From Polyangiales bacterium (GTDB taxonomy: Bacteria > Myxococcota_A > Polyangia > Polyangiales > Houyiibacteriaceae), in the NCBI GenBank assembly GCA_045106895.1, contig JBGCFM010000210.1, forward strand, positions 1-33,882: DNA of 33,882 bases, written 5' to 3'. How positions within the stretch are numbered: position 1 is the stretch's first letter; every line of letters starts with the position of its first letter. Under the pieces are notes generated by a model. It was not told where the DNA came from. It saw only the letters and a list, made by a program, of their open reading frames with translations, and did not search any database. This document shows positions 25,055 to 33,882 of the stretch, one piece after another. A program made the translations under genes and the position numbers.

Positions 25055-26296
25055 GTGAAAGTCCTCGCGCTCATCGTCCTCTCCGGCGTCGCTATCGCGT
25101 ACGCGCTGGTGTCCAAGTGGGTGCGCCGTTTTCCGCTGACGGGACCAATGCTCTTCGTCGGCGCGGGCATGCTCGTGTCGGGCAGAGCTCTCGGCGTCCT
25201 CGAGTTGGACGTCGAAACGAGCTCGATGCACCTCCTGGCGGAGTTCACGCTCATCTTCTTGCTCTTCGCCGACGCATCGAAGGTCGATGTGCGCGCGCTT
25301 CGACGGAAGCTCTCGCTCCCGGTCCGCCTCCTTCTGATCGGCATGCCGCTCACGATCTTGGCGGGCGTTGGCGTAGGCCTATTGCTCTTTCCCGATTGGC
25401 CATTCGCCTCGCTCCTCGTCCTTGCAGCGCTCCTCGCTCCGACGGATGCAGCGCTCGGTCAGGCCGTGGTGGAAGACGAACGTTTGCCGGAAGGCTTGCG
25501 GCGCGGTCTTTCCGTCGAGAGCGGGCTCAACGATGGAATCGCCGTGCCCATCGTCGTCACCGGCATCGCCATCGCGTCTATGTCGGAAGAGGGCGGGCTT
25601 GTCTTCGGCGTACTGCAGGTCACGGTGGGTCCCCTCATGGGTCTGCTCGTCGGCGGCGTCGGGGGAAGGCTTGTCCAGTGGGCGGAGGAGCGAGACTACG
25701 TCGGCGAATCCCAGCAGGCGATCGTGGGACTTGCGATGGCGACCTTCGCGTACGCCTCCGCGGAGGCGGTGCACGGCAACGGCTTCATCAGTGTCTTCGT
25801 CGCGGGCATGACCATCGGCGCGCTCTCCCCGAAGGCGTGCAAGTCGCTCCACGAGTTCGTCGAGCGCGAGGGCCAGGTGCTCATGTACCTCGTGTTCATC
25901 TTCGTGGGCTGTCTGTACGCGATCCCCGCGCTGACAGAATCAAGCTGGGAGCACGTCGCCTACGCCGCAGCGTCGCTCACGCTGGTGCGTATGATCCCCG
26001 TGGCGCTCAGTCTCGTGGGCAGTGACCTTCATCGCTGGAGCCGCGTCCTGGCTGCGTGGTTTGGGCCCCGAGGCATCGCGACGGTCGTCTTTGCCATCGT
26101 CGCCGTGGAGGCTGAGGAGCTTCCCATGCACGAGGAGATCTTCACCGTCGCCATGCTCACCGTCGTCCTCAGCGTCTTCGCCCACGGAGCGACGGCGGCA
26201 CCCGCGGCCGGTCTCTACGCACGCTACTGCAGTCCAAAGCTCGACGCCTCCGCTGCGGAGCATGAGAGCGTGTACCAAACGAAAGAAAACGAATGA
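25055..26296 (+). CDS. CPA1 cation:proton antiporter
   Basis: LAPTDAALG, VESGLNDG, WFGPRGIAT. Confidence 0.92.
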   Translation: MKVLALIVLSGVAIAYALVSKWVRRFPLTGPMLFVGAGMLVSGRALGVLELDVETSSMHLLAEFTLIFLLFADASKVDVRALRRKLSLPVRLLLIGMPLTILAGVGVGLLLFPDWPFASLLVLAALLAPTDAALGQAVVEDERLPEGLRRGLSVESGLNDGIAVPIVVTGIAIASMSEEGGLVFGVLQVTVGPLMGLLVGGVGGRLVQWAEERDYVGESQQAIVGLAMATFAYASAEAVHGNGFISVFVAGMTIGALSPKACKSLHEFVEREGQVLMYLVFIFVGCLYAIPALTESSWEHVAYAAASLTLVRMIPVALSLVGSDLHRWSRVLAAWFGPRGIATVVFAIVAVEAEELPMHEEIFTVAMLTVVLSVFAHGATAAPAAGLYARYCSPKLDASAAEHESVYQTKENE

Positions 26297-27060
26297 TGAT
26301 GCTTCCGATCCCGAACAAGTACATGGATTCGCGGCTCGAGCTACACCATGCGGCGCAGCTCCCGGCGGCGGCGAGCGCGCTGATGGAGGCGCAAGAAGAC
26401 TACTCCCACACGACTCTGGCCTTTGAGGATGGATGCTTGGTCTCCCAGCTGCTTCCCGACGCGCGTCGTGTTGGCATCCACGTTCAGAGCCTACAGCAGC
26501 GGCTAGGTCGGATGGCGGACCCGTCGAGCACGCTGGACCTTCACGGCCGAACGAAGTCAGAGGCGCTGAGCTGGCTACGTTCGGAGCTTGGCGATGAGGT
26601 CTCGCTCCTTACGCATGATCTTCCGGAACGCGCCGACAAAGTGTTTGAGCCGGGTGGGGGCGAAGTCGTGGAGGCGTGGCTCGCTCTTGGAACGAGCGTA
26701 CTAAGCGAAGCTGCCTGCGCGTTTGGCGGTTCAACTTTGCGCTTATGGCCTCACCACTTCGACATGGCGACGCTCGTCGACCTCGACGAAGAGGCGTCAG
26801 AAGAATCGCGGAGCATCAACATCGGTCTCTCCTTGGGGGACGGTAGCTACGGAGAACCTTATTGGTACGTCACGCCGTGGCCGAAGCCCCGCGGCGAGCT
26901 CCCCACATTGAGCCAGGGGCACTGGCACAGAGAAGGTTTCGTGGCAGCTGTGCTACCGGCTTCGGAGCACGCGGGCGATGACGTCGAGGGTGAAGCTCGC
27001 GCGTTCGTACGTTCCGCCACTCTGGCGTGTCGAGGGCTCCTCGGCGCGTCACTCCCCTAA
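26293..27060 (+). CDS. Hypothetical protein (DUF5996-like)
   Basis: LWPHHFD, GLSLGD..YGEPYWYVTPWP, GHWH. Confidence 0.65.
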   Translation: MMMLPIPNKYMDSRLELHHAAQLPAAASALMEAQEDYSHTTLAFEDGCLVSQLLPDARRVGIHVQSLQQRLGRMADPSSTLDLHGRTKSEALSWLRSELGDEVSLLTHDLPERADKVFEPGGGEVVEAWLALGTSVLSEAACAFGGSTLRLWPHHFDMATLVDLDEEASEESRSINIGLSLGDGSYGEPYWYVTPWPKPRGELPTLSQGHWHREGFVAAVLPASEHAGDDVEGEARAFVRSATLACRGLLGASLP

Positions 27061-27762
27061 GTCATACACAACGTCCACGCTGATGGAGAGCGGGATGGAC
27101 CCGGGCTGTGGTGGCAGTGCAGGGGCCGAGCCTGTCGGTGCTGCCACGACCATATTCGCCAACGCGGGCCGGTTGTGCATGGACGCGGCGGTTTCGCGAA
27201 TGCTGACGACCGCGCCGACGGAGGTGCCGAGCGTCTCCGCCATATCCCCAGCTTTGTCGCGTGCCGCCTGGAGCGCCAAACGAAGAAGCGCGGCCTTCTG
27301 TTCCACAAGTTCTGTCGAGTAGAACTGGACATTGACGCGTTCGAGACCGCGTGTTGCGGCATGAGTGATGATGTCGGGGATGCGCTCAAAGTCCTGCGTT
27401 CGCACGTTGATCTGCGCTGTGGCGGCGTGGCCGGCAATGATCCGCGCCCGAGAAGTGTGGTGGTCTTCGTAGTAGGGCGAGTAGCGGATGGCGCCTCGCT
27501 CGACACTGAGGTCGTCGACGTCGTCGAGCGTCTCGATGAGCAAGTCGACGTGGCGCATGAGTTCGCCGTGAGCTGCGTCAATCGCGACGTTTCGCGCACT
27601 CAATGTGAGCTCGACGCAAGACTCGTTGGGAACGAGGTCGATGCGCGCGGTCCCTGTCACGCTCACATTACGAGCCGGGGGCGGTGAATTCGCCGTGACA
27701 TAGTGATTCGCCGGCGCGCCGCAAGCGACGAGGAAGGCCAAGGGCAGCATTCGTATTTTCAT
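27049..27762 (-). CDS. SIMPL/DUF541-domain lipoprotein
   Basis: LVAC lipobox; VSVTGTARI...P; ALQAARDKA..MA..LG. Confidence 0.85.
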   Translation of the reverse strand: MKIRMLPLAFLVACGAPANHYVTANSPPPARNVSVTGTARIDLVPNESCVELTLSARNVAIDAAHGELMRHVDLLIETLDDVDDLSVERGAIRYSPYYEDHHTSRARIIAGHAATAQINVRTQDFERIPDIITHAATRGLERVNVQFYSTELVEQKAALLRLALQAARDKAGDMAETLGTSVGAVVSIRETAASMHNRPALANMVVAAPTGSAPALPPQPGSIPLSISVDVVYDLGE

Positions 27763-28088
27763 GCGTCCTATGGGAGCACACGATTTCTGCAGGCGTTGTT
27801 AGACCTGTGTAAAAGATGGCGTCGTCGCGCACCTCGTCCAAGGTCCACTTGGATGCAAGGACTCCGCACCCCTTCTCCCCGGCATCGAGAGAGCCGCTCA
27901 CGCTGCTGAAGCGATCTACGAATGTGCTCTCCCCGACCTCGGCTTGATACCAACAGAAGAACTCGCAAGCGATCGCTCCTTTGATTCTGCCGTGTTGTGT
28001 CTGCGGGGTAGGCATCGGTAGCCGGGTCTGCGGCGCACTCATGATAGCGCCGAGTTCGCAGCCCAGGTCGCTTCGGCGGCGCATATCC

Positions 28089-28979
28089 ATGGCCGTGCTA
28101 CGGAGTCTCGCTGTGTCGAACACCAAACCCGAGCGCCGTGAGCCGAAGAACCTCGTGGCGCCGCGGCGTCTTAGCGCTGTCCTCAGTCGAGATTTCTTCT
28201 TCTATTTCGTCGACGGAAGTTGGCGGCGCATCGTTGGATTCTTTTGTTTCTCGTTTCTCCTGGTCAACATTCTCTTTGCGGGCCTCTTTCTTCTGGACCC
28301 GAACACCATTCAGGGTGGAAACGGCTCATTCGTCGACGCGTTTTCGTTCAGCGTGCAGACGATGTCGGGGATTGGCTACGGCGCGCTCTCCCCGGGGAAC
28401 ACCTACGCGAACGTTCTCGTCGCCATCGAGGCGGTGATCTCTATGCTCGGGCTGGCCATCGCGACGGGCTTCGTCGTCGCGAAAGCGACACGCGCACGCG
28501 CACGCGTTCAGTTTAGCAATGTGTTCGTCATCGAGCCGATGAACGGCAAGCCCGTCCTCGCGTTTCGCGCCGGAAACGCCAGAGCGAATGAGGTCGTGCA
28601 TGCACGCATCAAGGTGACAGCGCTCATCGATGAGACCACGGCGGAGGGGCACTCATTTCGGCGACTCCGGGATCTTAAGCTTCAACGGGATGAGTCCCCG
28701 GTCTTCAGCCTGACGTGGACGGTGATGCACACACTGGACGAATCGAGTCCTCTCTTCGACTATGACTGGAGCAAGAGCGACGGTCCGCTGCGCCGGCTCA
28801 TCGTGACGCTTCATGCGCACGACGGAACCTATGGGCAGGCGATCCATGCGAGGCATGATTTCGATGCAGACGACGCCCGGCATGGCGAGCGCTTTGTCGA
28901 TGTCGTCAACGAGAACGAGAACGGGCAACTCTGGGTGGACTACGATCGCTTCGACGACACGGAGCCGGCGGTCGGCTAA
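28089..28979 (+). CDS. KirBac-type inward rectifier channel
   Basis: AFSFSVQTM..IGYG, ARVQFS, FRAGNAR, LTWTVMHTLDESSPL; start uncertain. Confidence 0.88.
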   Translation: MAVLRSLAVSNTKPERREPKNLVAPRRLSAVLSRDFFFYFVDGSWRRIVGFFCFSFLLVNILFAGLFLLDPNTIQGGNGSFVDAFSFSVQTMSGIGYGALSPGNTYANVLVAIEAVISMLGLAIATGFVVAKATRARARVQFSNVFVIEPMNGKPVLAFRAGNARANEVVHARIKVTALIDETTAEGHSFRRLRDLKLQRDESPVFSLTWTVMHTLDESSPLFDYDWSKSDGPLRRLIVTLHAHDGTYGQAIHARHDFDADDARHGERFVDVVNENENGQLWVDYDRFDDTEPAVG

Positions 28980-29398
28980 AAGCCCGCGGCGAGATGCCCG
29001 CGTTCACCAGAGCGCAGATCACGTACGAACCCTTCCACGCGCTTGGGCGAAATGAGCTCATCGCGGGGCCCGCGACGGTACTCAAGAACGCGCTCCGTCA
29101 ACGTCTCAATGTCTGAGGAGAGGTGAGCGCTCGCTCCGCACTCATGGGCTAGGTCCGCGTCACGCGGGTCGTCGCTGAAAGCCAGAATCGGTGTGTTTGG
29201 GAATCTCTGTCGTAGTACCCGCACACGCTCGCGACCGATGACATCGAAGGCGATGACAAAGAGGGATGCTTCGCGCGTTCCCCAGGCGGCCCGGTCGACG
29301 CTACGCGCTTCGATGCCTCGGCGACGAAGGCCGGTGATGGTGACCAATGCACGGACAGGTAAGCTGTCGGAAACAAGAACGTTTTCTTCGCTGTTCAT
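28976..29398 (-). CDS. Degenerate receiver-like domain protein
   Basis: VLVSD, LRQRFPNTPILAFS, AHECGASAHL. Confidence 0.5.
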   Translation of the reverse strand: MNSEENVLVSDSLPVRALVTITGLRRRGIEARSVDRAAWGTREASLFVIAFDVIGRERVRVLRQRFPNTPILAFSDDPRDADLAHECGASAHLSSDIETLTERVLEYRRGPRDELISPKRVEGFVRDLRSGERGHLAAGF

Positions 29399-29566
29399 GA
29401 TTGCCCTTGAGGTGAGCCACTCGAGGAGAGCGGCGAAAGGTCATTCGCTCGATTCGCGCGGACCTTGAGCGGGCTTCGTGACATCGAGGTGACGCTCAAG
29501 AATCGGCACGAAGACAAAAAAAAGGCGCAGCCGAAGCTGCGCCCTTCATTTCGAGTGATGCGAAGT

Positions 29567-30907
29567 TCAGGTCGCGGGCGGAAGGAGCACGCCTGCGACG
29601 ACGTGGACAACGCCGTTCGTTACGTTGATGTCAGCAGGCCCGATGGCCTCGCCGTTGGCCGTCGGGCCATCGACGGCGATGGTGATGTCTGCGCCGTTCA
29701 CTGTAGGAACGTCTCCGTCAGCAAGGTCCGTGGAGAGCACCGGGGCGTCCCCGCCGACCACGTGGTAAAGGAGAATGTCGCGGACCTCTTCGGCGCTGAG
29801 TCCAGCGACGGTGTCAGCGATGTCTTCGAAGGCGGCGTTCGTTGGAGCGAAGACCGTGATGGGGCTAAGCGTTCCGAGGGCGGCGGCGACCGTCGTGTCT
29901 TCGTCGATGTCAGCAGCTGCGCCGACGGCTCCGAGAAGCTCCGTGAGGCCGGCTGCTGTCGCTGCTCCGACGACATCCATTGGAAGGAGAACCGCGTCGA
30001 TGACGTGGACGATGCCGTTCGTCGTGCGGATGTCCGCAAGGTCAAGGATGACCGATGGACCGCCGTTGATGGTGACGCCGTCGGTGGTGTCGAAGAGAAG
30101 CGTCAGGCCATTGCCGAACTCGTTCTCGGAGAGAGTGTTGGCCGCGGCTGGAACGGACCCGGAGTCGACCTGTGCGCCAGCGATGACGTGGTAGGTCAGG
30201 ATGCCGGCGAGCGCCTCGGCGGGAACTTCGCCAGCAGCGGTGAACGCCTCGTTCGTTGGAGCGAAGACCGTAAGGTCTGCTTCTGGGTCCTGGACGGCGC
30301 CGAGAAGGTCGGCGGCCGTAAGAGCGCCGGCGAGGGACGTAAGACCAGCGATGCCAGCCATGTCAGCAACCGATGCGGGCATGATGATCTCATCGACGAC
30401 GTGGATAATGCCGTTGTCGGCAGCGATGTCGACAAGGTCAAGATTGACGGAGACGCCGTTGACGGTGACACCGTCCGCGGTGTTGAAGAGCAACGTCAAG
30501 CCAGCGCCGTTGTCAGCGCGAGCTGGAATCGCAGAGGACGGGACCTCGGCGCCGATGATGACGTGGTTGAGCAGAATCTGAGTGAGCGCCTCGTCGCTGA
30601 TCGCTTCGAGGTCGACGCCTTCGAAGGCCGAGTCTGGTGGAGCGAAGACGGTGAATTCGCCTTCTCCGGCGAGCGTCTCGGTCAGGCCCAAACGGTCGAC
30701 GGCTGCGAGAAGCGTGGTGAAGTTTCCGTTGGCCGTCGCGACATCCACGATGGAGTTCCCGGTGCTTGGGACGTCGTCGCCGATCGGTCCCGTGTCGACG
30801 GGACTACCGTCTGGAGTCGGGGGCCCGGCGTCTGTGACAACGTCGTCGTCGCCACAGCCCACAAGACCGATCATTAGACAAAGAGAACAAGCAAAAATCC
30901 GTCGCAT
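29567..30907 (-). CDS. Fasciclin (FAS1 x3) lipoprotein
   Basis: LVGC lipobox; three TVFAP...AF...L.(Y/N)HV...NG..H.(V/I) repeats. Confidence 0.92.
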   Translation of the reverse strand: MRRIFACSLCLMIGLVGCGDDDVVTDAGPPTPDGSPVDTGPIGDDVPSTGNSIVDVATANGNFTTLLAAVDRLGLTETLAGEGEFTVFAPPDSAFEGVDLEAISDEALTQILLNHVIIGAEVPSSAIPARADNGAGLTLLFNTADGVTVNGVSVNLDLVDIAADNGIIHVVDEIIMPASVADMAGIAGLTSLAGALTAADLLGAVQDPEADLTVFAPTNEAFTAAGEVPAEALAGILTYHVIAGAQVDSGSVPAAANTLSENEFGNGLTLLFDTTDGVTINGGPSVILDLADIRTTNGIVHVIDAVLLPMDVVGAATAAGLTELLGAVGAAADIDEDTTVAAALGTLSPITVFAPTNAAFEDIADTVAGLSAEEVRDILLYHVVGGDAPVLSTDLADGDVPTVNGADITIAVDGPTANGEAIGPADINVTNGVVHVVAGVLLPPAT

Positions 30908-31123
30908 AAAAAATGTACCTCCGTAAAAGCCGCTCCCTGCGGCGCGTCAGTACACTGGGGTTAGAATGCTGCCGGACAATACCGGAAATAAGATTCGTGA
31001 ACCGCGACATGCGTGTCATGCCGGAAAGACTGAAATGTCAGTGTGAAGTCGCGCTGCGGCAAAATGCCGCGGCGAAATTATTCGGCTCATGTTCCCCTTC
31101 GAAAGTGCCTGTACCCTGATCGC

Positions 31124-31561
31124 GTGAGTGGATACCGAGAGAACAAATCATGCGAAGGCTGCGGCGGTCCGCTGCAACGCCCCGGCTACGATGAGTGGGG
31201 TCGTTTTGTGTGCGCTTCCTGTGTCGCCCGCGGCTCTTTGATGGAAGGAGAGCGGCGCGCGGCGGAGAGCGCTGCGAATCATCTGAACGTCGAACTGAGC
31301 GACAGTCCGGTCGCGGCGGCGCAGCAGGTCCGGGGGATTCTCGCCGGAGTGATGCTGCTCATGTCGTTCTTTATGTGCGGCGGGATGGGCGCTGCGTTGA
31401 TGGGACTCACTTTCTACCAAGAAGGAGAAACCTTGCTCGGCCTTGGCCTCGGTCTTGTTGGGCTCATTTTGATGTCCACGCCCTTTCTCTTCGCCCTCTA
31501 TCGAGCCCGGCGTGCGAAGCGAGCCGGCCAGATGGGTCCGCCTCCAGGGCCACGCCACTGA
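31124..31561 (+). CDS. Hypothetical membrane protein with N-terminal CxxC...CxxC
   Basis: CEGC...CASC then two TM helices; GTG start assumed. Confidence 0.55.
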   Translation: MSGYRENKSCEGCGGPLQRPGYDEWGRFVCASCVARGSLMEGERRAAESAANHLNVELSDSPVAAAQQVRGILAGVMLLMSFFMCGGMGAALMGLTFYQEGETLLGLGLGLVGLILMSTPFLFALYRARRAKRAGQMGPPPGPRH

Positions 31562-31590
31562 GCGGCTCGCGGATGAGGTATCCTATCGGC

Positions 31591-32025
31591 ATGCGCCTCC
31601 AGCTTCTTGTCTTCGCTTTCTTGGCCGCGTGTGGTTCTGCGGAGACCCATGGGCCGAGTGGAAACCACCAGATGCAAGAGGAGCCGATATCGGAGACAGC
31701 CTCGGCGGCGAATGCGGAGACGCCTCCGGGGACCGCTCCTCTCGTCGTCGAGGGGTTCTTTTCGGGAGAAGGAGCTCCGCGTCCACAGGCTTGTGACGCC
31801 GCCTCCGACTGCATCGGTGACACAATCCCGGACGTACAGAACCCTTGCTGCAACAACCCGCGGAGTCTCAGACCCTATAGCCGCGCGTATCGGCAGTGGG
31901 TCGGTGAATGGCGCGCCGCGGAGTGCGGGGGTGTCGAGTGCCCCCCGCCGCCGGCCCCGGCGATGCCAGCGGACTGCTCCTTCGAGATGCAGTGCGTCGA
32001 GGGCACCTGCACGAATCAGTGTTAG
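31591..32025 (+). CDS. Cys-rich lipoprotein
   Basis: MRLQLLVFAFLAACG lipobox; Cys-rich C-terminus. Confidence 0.65.
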   Translation: MRLQLLVFAFLAACGSAETHGPSGNHQMQEEPISETASAANAETPPGTAPLVVEGFFSGEGAPRPQACDAASDCIGDTIPDVQNPCCNNPRSLRPYSRAYRQWVGEWRAAECGGVECPPPPAPAMPADCSFEMQCVEGTCTNQC

Positions 32026-33734
32026 GCCGTAGGGTCGGCGTTCAAGTGTTCGCTGAGAGCGGAGAGTGAGAGCGCCGCGCGCCGCTTGAAGTTAGCGCGT
32101 TCCGTCGAGGTCCCGGGCGTGTTCTGTGGACGACGCTCGCCCCACTCGTCTTCCAGGTTCAGCACGACGTGCGCGGCTTCGCTCTCGACGACGTGCGCCT
32201 TGATGGCTGCATACGTGCCGGCGACGGCGACGCTCTCGGAACGCGTTACTAACGACGCTTCGAGCTCCGCGCTTTCAAGAAATCCAAGGTCCGCGAAGTC
32301 GCGCAGGTCGTCCCCCGCGGCATACGCCGCGAAGGTGGCGAGGTCGTGCGTGTTGATACTGGCGCAGCTGCCGGCGACCACGGGAAGGGCCGGCTCGAGC
32401 TGGGCGACGTGCATGCCGAGGACGCCATGGAGGGCGAGGGACTTACGAACGGCGGCTGGTACAGTGCCGAGGTCTTCGCCGATCAGCACAGGCGGTCGTT
32501 TTGCGCTCGCCGCGGTAGCGAGGAGCGCCGCGTAGAGTTCCTCGGGCTGAGCGCGGATGTAGACGCCCTCGCTCGCTTCGGCCCCGTCGGGGACGCAGAA
32601 GGTCCGGTGAAGCGCCATCACGTGGTCGAGGCGAAGGAGCCTCGCGTAGCGACTCAGCGTCTCTACTCCGGCGCGAAGCGACGCGTACGCGCTCTTGCGT
32701 GCGCCGATGGGGTTGAGCGCGCTGATTCCCCAGCACTGGCCGCTGCGGAACATGGCGTCTGGTGGCGCGCCGGCAGAAAAGCCGGGCAAGAAGTCACCCG
32801 CGAAACGGTCCGCGTCGAAGCCCGCGCGATGCACACCAACGGGAAGGTCGAGGTAGAGCGAGGCTTTGTCGGATAACGCCTCAAGCTGCTCGGCGATGCG
32901 CACCTGCACGTAGCGATGAAAGCGCGACTCGTTCGGGTCGCCATGAGCGCGGAAGTGGGCGTAGTCGACAACGTCGCCCTCGCCGAGTTCGCCAGCCGCG
33001 TCGGCGAGCGCTTGGAGAACAGGTCGTCGAAGTCGCGCGACCTTCGCGTAGTCTACGTTCGGTTGCGCGAGTTCTTCGGCGAGGGCTGGGCGCCGCGCTT
33101 CGAGGGCTGTGTGTGCCTCTGTGCAAGTGTCCCACTCCGGCGTCGCTCGGGGGTCGAGGTAGAGCTCGCTAAAGAACGAGCGCGAGATCGGCGCGTAGGG
33201 GCTGGGGTCGAACTTGCTGGCATCTGCGCCGGCGTCGTCGGTGAAGTTCGCGAAGAGCGGCAGCGTGGCAACGAAACCAAAGTCTCGCTCGCAGGCCCGC
33301 GCGAGCATGCCGAGGTCCGAGAGATCACCGATTCCAAGGCTGCGTTCGGAACGCAGCGCGTAGAGCGGCAGAAACGCGCCTACGCGTGGCGCGCTTTGCG
33401 CTGGGTAGCGTCGTGGCGCGCTGAGGGTGAACCCACGCTCGTTTTGGTGGCAGCCGTACGGGACGAGTGTGTTCCCGTTGCCGCCGTCCCAGGCCACCTT
33501 GACCGGCGATGGGCGAACCTGCTGTGTGCCGATCCACCGGAGGGCCGCGGCGGGGCTGGTGATGGGAGCCCCCATCGCCGCCATCGCGGCACGAATGGTC
33601 TCGAGGGGTGCCGTGCATGTTTGGCCGAGGCCGTCCTGGTAGCACGCGTCGATGCCCAGTTGCTGCGCGGCTCGATGCCAACGTTGTGTTTCGCTCAGAG
33701 CGGCGTGCGCTGTCGCGCGTGTGGAAGTGTTCAC
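32022..33734 (-). CDS. malQ: 4-alpha-glucanotransferase (GH77)
   Basis: GIGDLSDL, SPY, YLDLPVG, GAPPD, GQ.WG, LRLDH, IGEDLG, THD, QNTPGT. Confidence 0.92.
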   Translation of the reverse strand: MNTSTRATAHAALSETQRWHRAAQQLGIDACYQDGLGQTCTAPLETIRAAMAAMGAPITSPAAALRWIGTQQVRPSPVKVAWDGGNGNTLVPYGCHQNERGFTLSAPRRYPAQSAPRVGAFLPLYALRSERSLGIGDLSDLGMLARACERDFGFVATLPLFANFTDDAGADASKFDPSPYAPISRSFFSELYLDPRATPEWDTCTEAHTALEARRPALAEELAQPNVDYAKVARLRRPVLQALADAAGELGEGDVVDYAHFRAHGDPNESRFHRYVQVRIAEQLEALSDKASLYLDLPVGVHRAGFDADRFAGDFLPGFSAGAPPDAMFRSGQCWGISALNPIGARKSAYASLRAGVETLSRYARLLRLDHVMALHRTFCVPDGAEASEGVYIRAQPEELYAALLATAASAKRPPVLIGEDLGTVPAAVRKSLALHGVLGMHVAQLEPALPVVAGSCASINTHDLATFAAYAAGDDLRDFADLGFLESAELEASLVTRSESVAVAGTYAAIKAHVVESEAAHVVLNLEDEWGERRPQNTPGTSTERANFKRRAALSLSALSEHLNADPTA

Positions 33735-33737
33735 GTT

Positions 33738-33882
33738 CTACCCTTTGACGCCGCCAGCGTTGAGGCCACTGACCAAGTGACGCTGGAGCCAGAAGAAGAG
33801 AATCATGACGGGGATCGTCACGAGGATCGCGCCCGCCGCGAAGGCGTTCCAGTTGGCGCTGTGTTCGCCGACGTAGCGCTGA
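33738..33882 (-). CDS. malG: Sugar ABC transporter permease (MalG-like), C-terminal fragment
   Basis: [38 protein letters not shown]; truncated by the window edge. Confidence 0.85.
   Translation of the reverse strand, partial: QRYVGEHSANWNAFAAGAILVTIPVMILFFWLQRHLVSGLNAGGVKG

Overview
GC-rich bacterial window with myxobacteria-like gene content (Cys-rich lipoproteins, RCC1, VIT/vWA, fasciclin); the taxonomy is inference. The centre is a minus-strand ncRNA operon (~12775->8301). It starts with a candidate promoter, a 57-codon Ser/Leu rare-codon leader ORF, and mutually exclusive antiterminator/terminator hairpins. An array of 12 mostly atypical tRNA genes follows: Lys x2, Trp, Val-AAC, Ala, fMet split by a 157-bp MITE-like element, Met/Ile2-CAT, three short-arm Leu and two 8/4 Ser. 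The array also holds three Y-RNA-like genes (two YrlA-type fused directly to tRNA-Ser, one minimal) and palindromic repeats. It ends at a Ro60/TROVE (rsr) gene, followed by endonuclease V and an ATP-grasp gene. A boxA-containing ~35-bp long-range duplex brackets most of the array, as in rRNA precursors. Left of this lie a double-BRCT gene, an RNA ligase/HAM1-fusion/AbiEii-like operon and a VIT-vWA lipoprotein; a double zf-PARP gene lies just to the right. The right 20 kb is mostly ordinary accessory genes ending in malQ and partial malG. All calls are by eye; no database searches were run.
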